Positions 26,918 through 40,753 of a stretch of 64,000 nt of DNA are shown here, one piece after another; position 1 is the stretch's first letter, and each line of letters opens with the position of its first letter. The DNA is from Bigelowiella natans CCMP2755. Lineage: Eukaryota; Protista; Cercozoa. The DNA lies in NCBI GenBank assembly GCA_000320545.1, contig ADNK01002279.1, positions 17,040 through 81,039 on the forward strand. Direction: 5' to 3'. Position numbers and translations under genes: made by a program. Under the pieces are notes generated by a model, which was not told where the DNA came from, did not search any database, and saw nothing but the letters and a program-made list of their open reading frames with translations.

Positions 26918-26961
<44 letters not shown>

Positions 26962-28175
26962 ACATGTTGAGAAAAAACAAGTGCAGGCAACTGCAAGCTA
27001 CTTGATTTTTTCTACAGTGAGATTGCTAACTATGATGTTGTTGATGTAATTCATCTAGACCTCTTCAAGATCCAGATATCGAATATAGACATAGGCTTGA
27101 CAAGTGCATGGTGGACATTGACCTCGCCAATTACAAGCCACAAGAGGAAAGAATAGTTTATTACATGCCGAAAATGAGTAATGGAATTCGCGATGGACTT
27201 CGAATGATGACTTACCTTCGCAAAATTGCTGTTCAAAACAATGCGACAGTATGCATTTCAGGCGGGAAGGAGGGGGCAACAAACTTCCTCACGTCTAAGC
27301 ACTCAGCGGTGATCCATCCTAGTTGGGAACAATATTTCGATATAGACTTTGCGGTATGCAATTCGGATATTACCCAAAAGCATTCTGATTGCAACACAGT
27401 CACAAAATCTAGCGAGAATGTGGACAATTTGAATATGTTCGAGAACGAGGTCAAGTGCGTAAACCTTGAGGTGGACTGGTACAGTTCCAAGATCAAGGAG
27501 GAAATTAACCCGATATCGCATCCGGAATGCTACACTAGGCTATCTGGTGTGATGTGTGGTGTGGTGTCTAGGACTTGTGGTGTGTGACAGCGATGCGTGA
27601 TGCGTCTAATGTGTTATGTATGATGTAGGCATATGCTGTGTAATGTATTATGCATAACTCTGTTGTATGATGCATGATGTAAGAATATGTTATGCAAAGT
27701 GTGCTGCATAACATTGATGTATGTATTTTGTGTGAGAACATATTGTGTAACAATTTCTACATCACACGTTTTGTGTGACGTATAATGCAAGGAAATGTTG
27801 TATCATATGTGATGCATAATCCATTATATGTAATGCATGATCTTAGGAAATGTAAAGGATCTATTCTCCAAACTTCTTGCTGCTAACAATCTAGTTAAGC
27901 ACGAATATGGACACGTGCACATCCGAAGGAGGGACAAAATCCTGAACAATGCCAATTGCACCAAGATTGAAGCGGTCATCAGTGACATTAGGCGATTCCC
28001 AGAAGTCAAGACGTGGGTTGTGGATTACTATGCTTCCGACAAGTTTAAGAATGAATTTAGGACGGCATTGAAGCAGGATTTACCGGATCATAGGTTTGTG
28101 TTTGAAGAGGAAATCAACATTTTTGAGCAGGGTGACCAGTACACAAAGGTAATTCTACTTGACATAAATCGATAA
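26730..28175 (+). CDS. Secretory-pathway glycosyltransferase, GT-B fucosyltransferase-like (3' end uncertain, may extend to ~28690)
   Basis: Signal peptide/anchor MLRLVRGLALAWVLVVTRLLPSVLA; large exon ~27050-27546; exon from ~27847 has GHVHIRRRDK, resembling the HxRRxD GDP-fucose-binding motif of the FUT8/GT11/POFUT group. Confidence 0.6.
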
Positions 28176-29079
28176 ACAACGAATTCGCGGACGCCGTCCG
28201 AATTTTTGACTGATCTCCTTGCTTTTTTGATGTATCGGCTCGTGATAAAATACCTAATCTGGTAATATGAATGTGAGTAAGGTTTCATGAATTCTTATGG
28301 CCTCAATATTTGCTCGTGACATCTTGAACCCATCTGCCCCACAACAGGCCTTGGTGATGATGATGCTCCAACAAAATGCAGCGATAGAACGCGAGACCCA
28401 TAATTGTGTGCCAGATTCCGATAAAGCCCTGTTGTTTTGTCGTGGGCATTTATACGATCAATGCCATCAAACAGAAGATGACGATGTCAGCAATACTCTT
28501 CCAAAGTCGACGTGCATACAGCTTGGTTGAAAGAAAGGGAATTGTAAATTGAGAGTGTGGTATAAAAGAGACAGGTTCATGTATCATGTATAGCACGCTC
28601 AGTGTGTGTGTTGTTTTTCATAGATGCTTAATTGGCAAATGTGGGTGCAGCCACAATCTCATATTTGGGTAAATACGGCGTGTTTAGTTTAGTTTTTAGC
28701 CAGAAAGCGGGCCCTTGTTGAAGGCAAGCCAAAGCCTTCCTTCTTACCGTGAACTATCTCTCGAACCATCTCTCTAGCTTCTAAGGCATCACGTGATATC
28801 ATATTTTAGAGGGAAGTGAATATTTAGGTCGCTAGAAATAGAAGACGACCACATGAATGCCCGTGACGTCCCTGAAGAAGAACGGGTGCTGCTAATTACA
28901 CGACGCTATACTTTGATGAATCGGTATCGGATATCTCGCTGAATGCAAACGCATTTAACAGAAAATACGTCAAAATGTAGAGATGTTATAATGAATAAAC
29001 GCTTGAAATAATAAAACGTTAAAAGTGAAGTGAAAATCATAGAGCACAATAGAGTTACGTGGACGTAAAATGTTTGGCA

Positions 29080-30780
29080 AAATTTTCTGGCTCTTGCCTG
29101 AAATTCTATACACGACTGGATGCATTGATGGCATCATGCATCGATCTGGGCGCGCATGCACATGCGATGGCATGCAAGCAATGTTGTGTGCACATCTACG
29201 CAAGAAGCGAAGCATAGCTATCATTAGAGATTATAGCCTTCATTTGTGCATGCGTAAACCCACACGTTTCATTGTTTCCATGTGTGTGATTACGTGCACA
29301 CATGTTCTCTTCCACTAGCATGTAGCACACATGCACTGACGAACATGTGAAATGTCCGATGATTTGCGTAGCTCAGACCATGGTGTACACGAATAGAGAC
29401 ATTAGCGTCTACATCTAGACATGCCGCCTCTGACTTGCATCGCCATCGCAGATGTTGCAATGTGACATGACTAGCTAGATGTCCATGTGGTCGCGATTCA
29501 CGGCGACAAATCAGCATGCACAACGAATCACAACGATCAAATCAAGCATCAAACGGCTCTAAAAGCTCAACTTGTGCGCACATGCTGGTGAACATTGTCG
29601 CGTGCCTTTGAAAATCATTGAACATTTGACAAACGATCATTGTGCTCATCTGTTTGTAACAATTTACGCTCTTTCGTGACCATGATCTTTGTGTCAACGC
29701 ACTACACAACATGAGTAAGTGATGATGAAATCATGACTACCACGACTTTTGTGTCTGGCAGTCCTGCTTTGCAGGACTAGCGGTTGGCGACCTGGAGGAG
29801 AGCGAGGAAGAATGTGTTGAGGATGCTTGGAAATCCGATTCATATTCTTTCAAATGAGGGATGTCGATTGCAGAACTAGAGGACGATGAACACGACGAAA
29901 AAGTCATTGTTTCCAACAAGGGAGGTGTCGTCTCTGACAAGAAGCTGAGAGCTTCATCTATGTGCGTACGTCTTACTCGTGGAATTTCTCAAAACCGCTT
30001 CGATTCCGCAGCTCGACGCCAGTGATGCATGTTCGGAAACTCGCAGCACTTTAGTCCGAAGCTTGTGGTGCACAACAGCGCACGTGCACAGAGGGACACA
30101 CATGCATACATGCATGTACATGCATGTATGCATGCACATCCATTGCGTGCGTGTCATCATGTGTGCACGTCATGCCCGCGATGCGCACACGTACATGTGC
30201 CTGTCAAAGTAGCATTGTTGCTTGCATGCCCACGTAGTGCTAGCAGGCATGCATGCAAGGTCGAGCGTCTAGAACATGTATGTGTGCATGGTTTTCGCGT
30301 CTTCTTGTCGTCTGAATCAGACCATGCGCTGAGCTGCATCAAATGTCTGAGTGAAACCGAGCAAAGCGTGCAAGTCGCAATTTCCAGACGATTATTGGGC
30401 ACGGCTGTGGGATGCATGCATCGTACGCACCGCCATGCTACGTGCGATCAATGAGCAAGGTTTATTTCGGTCATATACCCTTCGCTTAAATGACGTAGGG
30501 AGATTTATCGCAATCACTTTGAGCAACATCAATGGACTTGCGCAGCAGGCAGGCAAAGAAAGGTCAAACTCATCATGTTTTTATTAAACAAATCGAGTGG
30601 GGCGGTGTTTCTTGCGCGTATCCTTTCGCATGACATGCGCCATGCGCGATCCACCGACTCGCACATGTCGCTGATCACATGTTTAATGATTTTCTGAGCA
30701 CATTGAGGCGTGTTTGACAGGCAGACTATGATTCTACTTGGATGTAATTCAGAAAACACAAGCGAACTGGTCATTCATGT
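29080..30780. pseudogene. Partially hypermutated island with degraded coding fragments (+ strand, ~29730-30080 and ~30310-30400)
   Basis: Acidic protein-like frame (GDLEESEEECVEDAWKSD..IAELEDDEHDEKVIVSNKGGVVSDKKLR) broken by TGA stops, flanked by catg/tgca mosaics. Confidence 0.45.
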
Positions 30781-31021
30781 AAAAACTGGAGCTCAGACGT
30801 AGGATGTTTATTTGTAGACCGCGAGCAGTAAACGATCTCATGAAGCCCCAAAAAATCAAGTTAGATTTCGTAATCTACACTTTTCGTCCCCAAATATCCT
30901 CTTCGGTTATTTTCCCTTGATTCAAATTTGTTTGAATTCGTGCTCGCTACGAAGCCCCCCAATAAGGTCAGTTCCGCCAAGATCATCTTTGAGCCTCGCA
31001 AAACAATCAACGATCCAACGA

Positions 31022-31621
31022 TCAAGGGAGCAAGTGATTTTCGAAATTTTTCAATATGGATAGAATCAGCGTGAGATCGAACGTCTTCTCAGTCATCATT
31101 AGCTTCAAGAATTCCGGCATGGTTGAGAAGGACACCACATGCTGGTGGATGGTTTTCATGACGAGTTTGAGCATTCCTAAACTAGGAACCGCGCGAGAAT
31201 CTGGTTTGGCCTTCTTTTTGGCCTCCAAAAATTCACTGTGCAACGTTTCTGCCCAAGCCTCAGCTTTTACGGAATTGCCAGACACTCTCTGCCTGTTGCC
31301 TTTCACGATCATCTTGCAAATGGCATTGATTAAGTTGGGAGCATCCGAGTCCGTTTTGAAATCTTCGTCAGTGAAGAGCTCTTCGTCTATCACCTTATCT
31401 CGCCATTTGGAAGGAAACCTCTGTGTATCTTCAAGGAATTCCAACAAAACTTCTCTTCCGTTTGGAAGTGTGTCAAAGTCCACACGGCGTCCCTCAGTAG
31501 AGTTGCTGTGCACGAGCGTCCTCTCATCATGTACAATAGCCGCATTGGATGCACCGATGTTGAGAAGAATCGGAAGCAGCCATAAGGCAGCGGTAGCAAC
31601 ATCACACATTCGTTTTGCCAT
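31022..31621 (-). CDS. Intronless 199-aa ORF with signal-peptide-like N-terminus; probably a truncated or edited pseudogene
   Basis: ATAALWLLPILLNIGASNA hydrophobic leader followed by a globular charged region; no Tyr in 199 aa; coding-like sequence continues in another frame past the stop. Confidence 0.5.
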   Translation of the reverse strand: MAKRMCDVATAALWLLPILLNIGASNAAIVHDERTLVHSNSTEGRRVDFDTLPNGREVLLEFLEDTQRFPSKWRDKVIDEELFTDEDFKTDSDAPNLINAICKMIVKGNRQRVSGNSVKAEAWAETLHSEFLEAKKKAKPDSRAVPSLGMLKLVMKTIHQHVVSFSTMPEFLKLMMTEKTFDLTLILSILKNFENHLLP

Positions 31622-31624
31622 GGT

Positions 31625-32560
31625 TGGGGGGTCTGCTTTCCCTGATCCTCGGAGTTTGAACGAGCCGAGTGTTTTGGAATTTTTGAATTTTTTGAATTCG
31701 AAACCGCGCCTTCGGTTGTCATTACATTTTGATCATAAAAGTGTTGTCGCACGTGTAGTTTCCCCTTGAAATGTGAAAACATGAACAATGCAATCAGGCG
31801 TTTTTTGCTTGAGTCCTTGCAACGACTGTTGTTGAGGCTCTGTTACGTGCACACGCCTGTCATCATGCATTTCGGTTGCACGCTTGCAACGTTTTGGAAA
31901 TGCAGTTCATCATCATTGCTCATTGCACACTTGTCTCCCAATTGTTGTCTCCCACGTGGTTCTTGTGAACGTGGATTTGCATCAATGCTTTGTTCTGCTG
32001 CGTTCTGCTCTGGTTGCAAAAATCGGAATCTGGCCATGAAATTGTTCGACCGAATTGGTGACAACAATCAGAGCGCAGGTCTGCTGAGGAGTGAAGCGCT
32101 AGCCCCAATGCTGCGTGCCCACGCTTGTCTTCCATGTGGTTCTGTGGTTCTCGCAGCTAGCTAGCTAGACGAATTGCAGAATCTTGGAAAAAAAGTTGCA
32201 CAAAAAATTCCATCTCGAATCGAACACACAAACTAGCAAACGCCATGTGTGTGGTTTGAGCTGGCTGTGGTGGTCCCTAGCAATTTGATCTGCACGCACG
32301 CACGTGTGCATTCTTTGGCGATCATGATCACAATCGCCAGCAATGGCGATGCGTTCTGGCGTTGCATCTAGAAATGCTCAATCAAAACGTCCAGATTTGC
32401 AATGGACATGTGCACCGCATCCACGGCATTTGCTGCGCGAGCTAGCGAGCAGCGTGACATTCCAGCATTGACAACCGAAGCTGCACACGACGACGACTGA
32501 TGCTCATTCACACATGTGGTTTTGTGCTCTAGATGTCATGCAATGGCGCCGCAAACGCTA
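31625..32560. other. Strongly TpA-depleted island containing copy C of the dispersed element (~31830-31925)
   Basis: From ~31850 to ~32550 the surviving TA are all in CTAG (~32099, 32157-32168, 32233, 32277, 32368, 32442, 32529). Confidence 0.7.
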
Positions 32561-33149
32561 AAATGACAGCTATGCCATTATTGAATGCGTTTGCCGCATG
32601 TACATCAATCCGCTTCACAGATTCTTTAGCTACAAGTTTTAAGTTCCTCTAGAGCATTGTTCATTCCATCAGTACGCCTTGTTGCTGTGCCTGACATGAA
32701 GTTACGTAAATATTCGTCCTTCTTTAGCAACGAACATACAATGATGGTCGGGTCAAAATCTTTCAACAATTAGATGGTGCATGAAGAAAACAGCATGCAT
32801 AATACAATACGAAAAGAACCTGTGAAGAAAAAACTCGATCGTATATTTTCTAACAACTTCTCTCGCGCACGCAACATGACCTTGAGCGTGTCGTAAGCAT
32901 CTTTCCATCGAGTCATTACATCCAAGTTCATTCCGTCCACTTGACGGTAAATCTAATGGAGAAAAGAAATTCATTCGAAACAAAGCGTACACGACACAGT
33001 GAATGCTGGCGACGGGGCATCTTAACAAAAGCGGAATGGCCACGACGACAACTCGCGCGAGTGCTACGGCGCGCTATTCAGACCTGCTGATTGTACTTCC
33101 CCGTTTTGGATGCTGACAAAAATCAAAAGATGGATGGAAATTAGAAGGA

Positions 33150-33660
33150 TAACTGCCAGTAGGTTATATCGTCACAGGGCACAGCATAACCCCCTTTGCA
33201 CCTAATACATGCATCGAGCTGCGGTTGATTGTAAGAATACTCTCTCGGCGTGTTACGATCGGTTTTTAGAAATCCGAGGACGACCTGATATTCTAAGCTT
33301 TCTCCCCGACGACAACCTCGGTTTGCCTTCGCAGGAGGGAAAAATCAAGAGCAAAGGGGGGGGGGGGGGGGAGAACAAAGCAGGACAGGAAGAGAGAGAA
33401 GTTTCTTCATTATAAACACAACATATCACACTTACTAGTTTGTTGCCTACATATGCAAACATATTAAAGGCATGTAGCTCTCACCGAAAACTACAAAATA
33501 GAGTCGGTAAGCTGAGTGCCTGATCTCTTCGTCTGGATCAAAACAAAACAACATCGATTATATCTCGTCGCGAAACTAACGAGGTGATGGCGGTTTGGCG
33601 GTTGTTGTTGTCAATACTCTGCATGTTTCTACAACGTAATGTCAATCGGCATATGCAGTG

Positions 33661-33702
<42 letters not shown>

Positions 33703-35240
33703 TCTAAGAATACTATAAATAAAACGTATATAAATAATCAGTTTATTTATTTTGAGCGTTTTTGAGTTCTCCTCACCGCCATCATTGTTAAGAACCCTCC
33801 ACAGCCATTTCCGCCAATGCCTCACAGCTCTTCGCACTGGGCGATCCTCCGACCTCTCCGCTACGGACACACACACACACACACAGAGAGAGACGAAACA
33901 AATCAAGACGCAGTCCCCGCACCCGCAAGACGTCAGCCGCGCCATTACAACAGGATAGACACACTTACGCACGCAACGGCAAGTCACGCACCCCTGTGAT
34001 ACATCTTCGAGACCCCAGGCAGCCTCTCCCACGACTCCGCCCAACTCCTTAAAAACACATTCATACATGAATGGGTTGTACGCGTATGCTGCTTTGGGCG
34101 CGCAGCGATAAACAAACCATGCGCCCGAACCTAATCATCCTTCGCTTTACCCCTGGAGCACGCTCACAGTCGATGCAGCCCTGCAGGTGGCGCACTTCTG
34201 CAGCGAAGATGCTGGCTATCTGAACCTGCTCGAGTGTAGGCATGAAGCTGAGCACGGAGAACAACACCGCCTTCCACAAAACGTGCGAACACGGAAAAAT
34301 ACCAAATCATGTAGTGTGCTTATAAACATTACGATGCGAGTGTTTTTGCGCTTTTCATAATTCATATCGAATGCAAGCGGTGTTTTTCTTCCACCATGCA
34401 CTTGACGGCTGATTCTCGTATTTTCTCGTAGTTTGGATATGCAGCAAACCTAAGGATACCGTGCGAGAAAATTATGATGACGACGCTGCTCAGCTGCTGT
34501 ATGGGCGCGTTGCTAGATTGAGGTTTTGGTTGAAAAGAAAATGTGTGAGAATATGCATACGCAAGAACACAAAATCCATTGTTTTCCTATCCACCTTTCC
34601 TTTATATTACTCAACGTGTAACCCTAGAATATCTATATTTATCGATCCCTCCCCCCGCCCCACCCCCCCCCGTCTATCTCTTAATATATGTTCGTAATAC
34701 GGCGTGTATTTCTTGCAGCGTTCATTCCTCAACTCCTCGTCCTTGGTCCACTTAAGCATACCGGATACCTGCAGCGAATGGTTGGCGAGAGGTGACGATC
34801 TACCCTTGCAATCTCGCAGCAAAAACAACTCCCCTGAACAACGAGAATCAGGAGACAAAACAAACTGGAAACATAGGCAGGATCTTCGGTGCGAAGGCTA
34901 CTACACAGCGACGCAATCCCCAGCGGAAGTACTTCCATGACACCAAACAACTCTTCACTGCTGCTTGGCTAGCTCACCTCTAACTCGCACTTGGCTTCTA
35001 AACACGCACAGGATACGAGGTTCTGGTACGAGGGGAGGACTTGATCGTAACTGTGAGGGCCGTTTGAATTGTTAGCGTCGATTGATTATCTTCACTCATA
35101 ATGCACAAACTTCGCAAACTGCGCATCGTGCACGTCTCATGCTCGTTTGAGGCGGCGCAGCCGGCGCTGCTACGAAATGTGCGATGTTCGATAGGTCAGT
35201 GAGTGCGTGCGTGTATGTGTGTGTGTGAGGTGTGTGTATG

Positions 35241-35292
<52 letters not shown>

Positions 35293-36048
35293 AATATCCA
35301 ATTATTAATTCGTTTAAAGATGATTACTTAAGATATCTAGCGATTTGATTCCGAATCTCGTCTCGATCTTCCGTTTCAGAGAGACGAATGCGGCCCAAAC
35401 CTAACCCACCATGATCACGCCGGATTCACGCATATTCATGCATTTTAAAATCTGGGGGAGGGAGGGAGGGGCAAAGAGGATCATGCCGAAAACCAACTCA
35501 CATCTGATGAGGTCGGCCAAATAGTGCGAGTCGGAATACGCATTGCCCGTGTTGTCGTTTTTCTGTTTGCAAGGAAGAAAGGGCACAGCTCGAAAAGTTA
35601 AATATCGCATCAACGACTCATCACGTATGTACGGCGGCTTTATTGCAGCAGAGCGCGCACAGAAACACGCATTTGAATGCTCTCTGAAGAAACGCGCGCT
35701 GGCTCTACCTGTAGGAGCTGCTTTATCATGGTGACGACGCGTGTATCCTATAACACGGAGAAATGATTCGGTAAAAACACAATCGGTCTTTTAACGGTTG
35801 CTGCTGCATTGAACCAAGTACATTTAGAACCTCCCACATAACGACTTAGTTGAGTTTTATCATATATTTTGGGAGGGCATTTTCAGTATCTCCACAGCAG
35901 CCGAAGTAGCATTTTTCGAGCATAGTGAGAACATAGTGTATGTATAAGGGGGGGGGGCACGGGCACGGACGCGACGTACCGTCAGGCCTTGGATGTCCTT
36001 GATTCTGCTCAGTGCTGTTATGACGCCCCTGTTAATAATGTGAAAATT

Positions 36049-36090
<42 letters not shown>

Positions 36091-36142
36091 ATATTTATAT
36101 CCATTTCATCATCGCTGTACTGCGGAAGGGACCAATATATGA

Positions 36143-36180
<38 letters not shown>

Positions 36181-37304
36181 GTGCAAGTTGGAGGTGTGGA
36201 ATCGACCTCTTGAGGAAGTATTCGGGGAGATCTTTGAAGTCATTCGCCTTCCACAAGGTGTTAGCTTGGTCGTAATACCTTTTGGTAATGAAGGACTTGT
36301 TTTAAGATGCGGCGGCTCACCAACGCACCAATGTTATGCCTTTTGGACTCGAAGGAACATAATGAGGATGCACACCAACAATTGCTGCGCGCGATGATAT
36401 TTTCGCGCGATGATATTCTTAATCACTCGCTTTCTTCTAATTAAAAAACGGTAGATGTCCACCCGTATAACTACTGCAATCTATCATTTGCGCCGAGTCT
36501 CCACCTATTCTTGAGGAATTCATAGAGAGAACGGAATGCGACAAACGGAGCGCTGTGCTGCTCGACTTTCCTGTTTACGTGAAATGCCAAAAATCGCATC
36601 ATTTGAGCGCCACATATCAAATACAAAACACTATGAATCCCTTTAGGTTTTTCTCATTCTCTTTCGCCTCAATGCGGACATATGAAGATTTAAAGGAGCA
36701 AGGGCAGCTCACCATTCTCCGGTGATGGAGGCGTCTGTCTCGTCGCGACTTATACGCTGTCGCTTATTGCTAGATGACTCCGCTGGAAATCCGCATGCAC
36801 ACACGCACAATCACACAAATATCATTATGAGACGGAAAATAAGATGTCAAAAAACGCATGATTGAACCCTTCTCAAGACGGCCTCCAGATGCCAACGACG
36901 CCGCAGCTTCCGCAGCCGCTATGCGAACCTTTTGTGTGTGAAATACCATACTGTGTTGTGCAACTACAACACCGACAAACAACAATGGAAACACGCGCGC
37001 ATACACACACGCCTCTATCGGCCATGGTTTTGGTACATAGAACCCAGCTGGTACTTGAAATCAAAAACACACGCGCTACAACGCCAAATCACACTCTAGC
37101 ATGCACAAGATGTGAGGAAAGTGACCTGGTAGTAGTATTTCGGATCTAACAGCGTTTGGTCGAGTGCTTTTGGCGCAAGTAGCGGATCGGGGTTTTCTAC
37201 GAGATTACAGTAAAATAATGAACTAACACTATCACCATTGCATCATCAAATTCTCGAAGCTTTTCACTTATATAGCATCACCATCCGCAATATACGACAT
37301 ATAA

Positions 37305-37356
<52 letters not shown>

Positions 37357-37649
37357 TCAAAGGGTAGACCGATTTTGCGAAGGCCCTCAACCGCATCAAG
37401 CTGCGACACCACGTTCTAATTGTATATCGTTGTTTTTGAGGATTGAAAAGAAAAATGAGGAGGAGGGACACCATGGCAAATCAATAAATTCGAAAAGAGA
37501 GTAGCAGTACTACACCTACCTTGGAATAAAGAAGCTGGTATATCCACATGACCTCGTGCTGGGTAACCTGATAATGGCATTTTATAAAATGAATCGGCGA
37601 CGTATTAAAAAACAGCATTACGCGCGAATTACACATAAACATAAATATA

Positions 37650-37691
<42 letters not shown>

Positions 37692-40160
37692 AATATCTAC
37701 ACACAAGTAACTGATAAATGCAAAGTTTTAGTCTAGATCTTCTTTTTGTAAATTCCGTGGCGAAATGGCATGTACGATATGTACGCGACTCTTGGCAACA
37801 AGCAAACAACAACAGCGACCTGGATCGGTCGGATCCACAGTCTGAGCAGCAGAGCAAACCAGATTCAAGCGAAACGCAAAAAGAAAGAGGAGAGAGAACG
37901 AATCGAGGAGGAGACAAAACACGATAATCGTACACATAAACTCACACATTGCTCGATGTATGTTCCTGCACAGTTTTCGCGTGTGCATCTCGCAACTATA
38001 AAGCAGATACTGTATATACTCGTCGTCGCAATGTCTATATTATTCGTCCTTCTCCTTGCATGCGGTCTCGGTATACATTCAGTACAAACAGAGCACATGG
38101 TGCATTTTTCAAAACGAATGATCTTGAGGGGAGACGTTGGCTATGTGAGGTGGCACTTCGCAATATTCTCACCCGTCGGGATCGGCTCTAACCCAGTCCA
38201 CCTAACAAACCGCGTTGCGTAACAGCACACGTAAACAACACTATCGCTAGAATCTATTGCGTATTGCCGGCACTAAATAGCAGTAGCCGCTCACACGCCC
38301 GGGCTAAAAGGGATCTTCGCAAGTGTAGCACTCAATTGTTACCGGGGTCTTTACGCGCCTTGGAAGCAACAATTCGAGGTTCAGTGTAGCCTAATTTTGG
38401 CACAAATCACCGATTTCAAAACAAACCTCTTTCCTTAACTAGCGAAGTATTGCCAATGTGCGATCGAAGACAATAACAATGACACATTTCGCGCGAACGG
38501 GTAGCGTTTATCGCAAGCCGTTGTTGCGTGTATGGCATGCTCCGAACATTACCTCGTCTTCTTTCTTCCTTGATTTGTTTCTTGGGAGACGCGATGAGCA
38601 CTTTAGCCTTGTGACCTCACTCCGGCACTAGCACAATTGCCACGTGACAGCATCCATCCCACGTGCAAAACAAACACCATCAGAACATCGCCGCGGTACC
38701 ACTTCACAAAAGCGAGAGATACGCATGCTTGCATCATGTTACGAAGCAAAAAGCCGCCGGATTCTACCAAAGGCACATCTACCTACCGAGAAGCCAAAGC
38801 AGTGCCTCTCTCTACATCGTAAAAGCTACACTTGCAATGCATTCAAGTCACCAGCGCAAACACACACACACACACACACACACCTGGCGGCCATCGACTG
38901 GGATAATCTTTTGGAACTCTTTAAACTTCTCCTTCACCTACACACCATCCAAACGAAACCCGCTCACAACCAACACACACACCTTTTTTCCCTCGCCAAA
39001 GGCCTCAGGAGCAGCATTATATGATACAATAAAAAAACGCGATCTGAAGACGACGCCCTCTCGGCTTCTAGCAAATACCAAAACAGCAAGAGCTCCTTTA
39101 AACCGCACTCCGTCCTCCCCGGCCTCCGCATTGGGGTCGGTAAAATCGGCGGATTCCTTGGTGTCCCCCATACCGCTATAAATATTATTATTGCATGCAT
39201 GTTTCGATTGTCTCAGTTACCCGATCATACGGCGCAGAACGAAGTGTAAGAGTGGCATTACGCTATCAAAGTTTTAAGGGAGGGAGGGGTACCCGTACCC
39301 TAGCTTGTGTGCGGGAGTGCCGATTCGGCGCATCGGTGACTTGCGGCGCGCTGGTGAAGGCCTAATGTTGTTTTTGTCATCTCACGGGCAATAGCGTCCA
39401 AATCATTGGTAGGAGGCTGAACGCTCCGTCACGTTTATAAGTGTATTTCAATGTATGTATTATAGAAATATTATATATATATATGTGTACAACTTGATAT
39501 ATATTTTAATTCAATACAATGTATTTATGTGTGTGTGTGTGTGTGCGTGTGTGTGTGTGTGCGTGTTTTTGTGATCTAAACATATTAATGGGATTGGTTC
39601 TTGGCAATGATGCCGCATCTACCCTCGTCCTTGGCTCAGCCGCCGTGCTGCGTATTCGAGAGAGAAAACATACGACATTCGCTTAAAAATGCAGAATGCA
39701 AAAAGCTAATGACGATGAAACTACTAGTATCTTATACACTTTGAATAAGCAATAGAAGTGAGGAAAAAGTGAGGACTAATGCCGCAGAATGCGCGTGTGT
39801 GTAAACGTTAATAACTGCGACATCGTGAACGACCTGAATTGGGGCTTTTGTTACGCTTTTGCAGAGTTTGCTTCTCCGGTGGTAGTAGCAGCTGTACCAT
39901 TTTGACAATGTACCAGCACACACAATAAATGAGAATCAGCCCCGCAAAACACGCACAAGAGAGTAAACTTGGGAATGGCAGTGTGAAGGCCTTCTAGAGG
40001 CTGCGGCAGAATACCTTGCCCGATTCGTACTCCTTTGGCGATCGAAAATCCTACCACCAAAACACACAAAGATGAGCAATCGCGCGCAAGGGCATCATCC
40101 TTAGGTTGAGAGTCTTTACATTTCCATATGGATTTTTAAGAATCGTATCTATCTATTATG

Positions 40161-40206
<46 letters not shown>

Positions 40207-40711
40207 ACAATAAATGTATATATTGTTTGATATATTGGTGTATTAATATATAGGTAAAGGCGAGTTTATTACCATCACCCATTCAAGAACCGTTTCATGT
40301 CGTTTTTCCTTATATGTAAATCTGGGAAACAAACCGACTCAATCGAAGCAATGGCCAATACCCCCAAATAACAGCACTCAACTTGTTCTTCAAAACAAAA
40401 TCAAGTCAAATATCCCCAAAACGCAATCGAGACGGTTGGGGGGGGGGGGGGGGATGGGGTCTAAGACGTATTTATTTTCCTTTTTTTGGCAGTAGAAGGG
40501 TGGGGCTAATCGTGCTGAATGAACCTTAGATTTAGACGAGGAAAGTGGGTTCCTTTTATGAATTGATTGATGAAGTCCATGATCTTGTTTGTCTGTTGGT
40601 AGAAGAACAAGCAAGAATAAATAACTTCCTAAATAATGCCGATGTAACGGCACGCAAACATGTCGGGATCTCTCTAGGATGCTGAATATTCATGAACTCA
40701 TCAACGAGACA

Positions 40712-40753
<42 letters not shown>

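Noticed and set aside
31056-31769. 237-aa plus-strand ORF
   Set aside because: Ser/Phe-rich antisense shadow of the minus-strand ORF 31022-31621.
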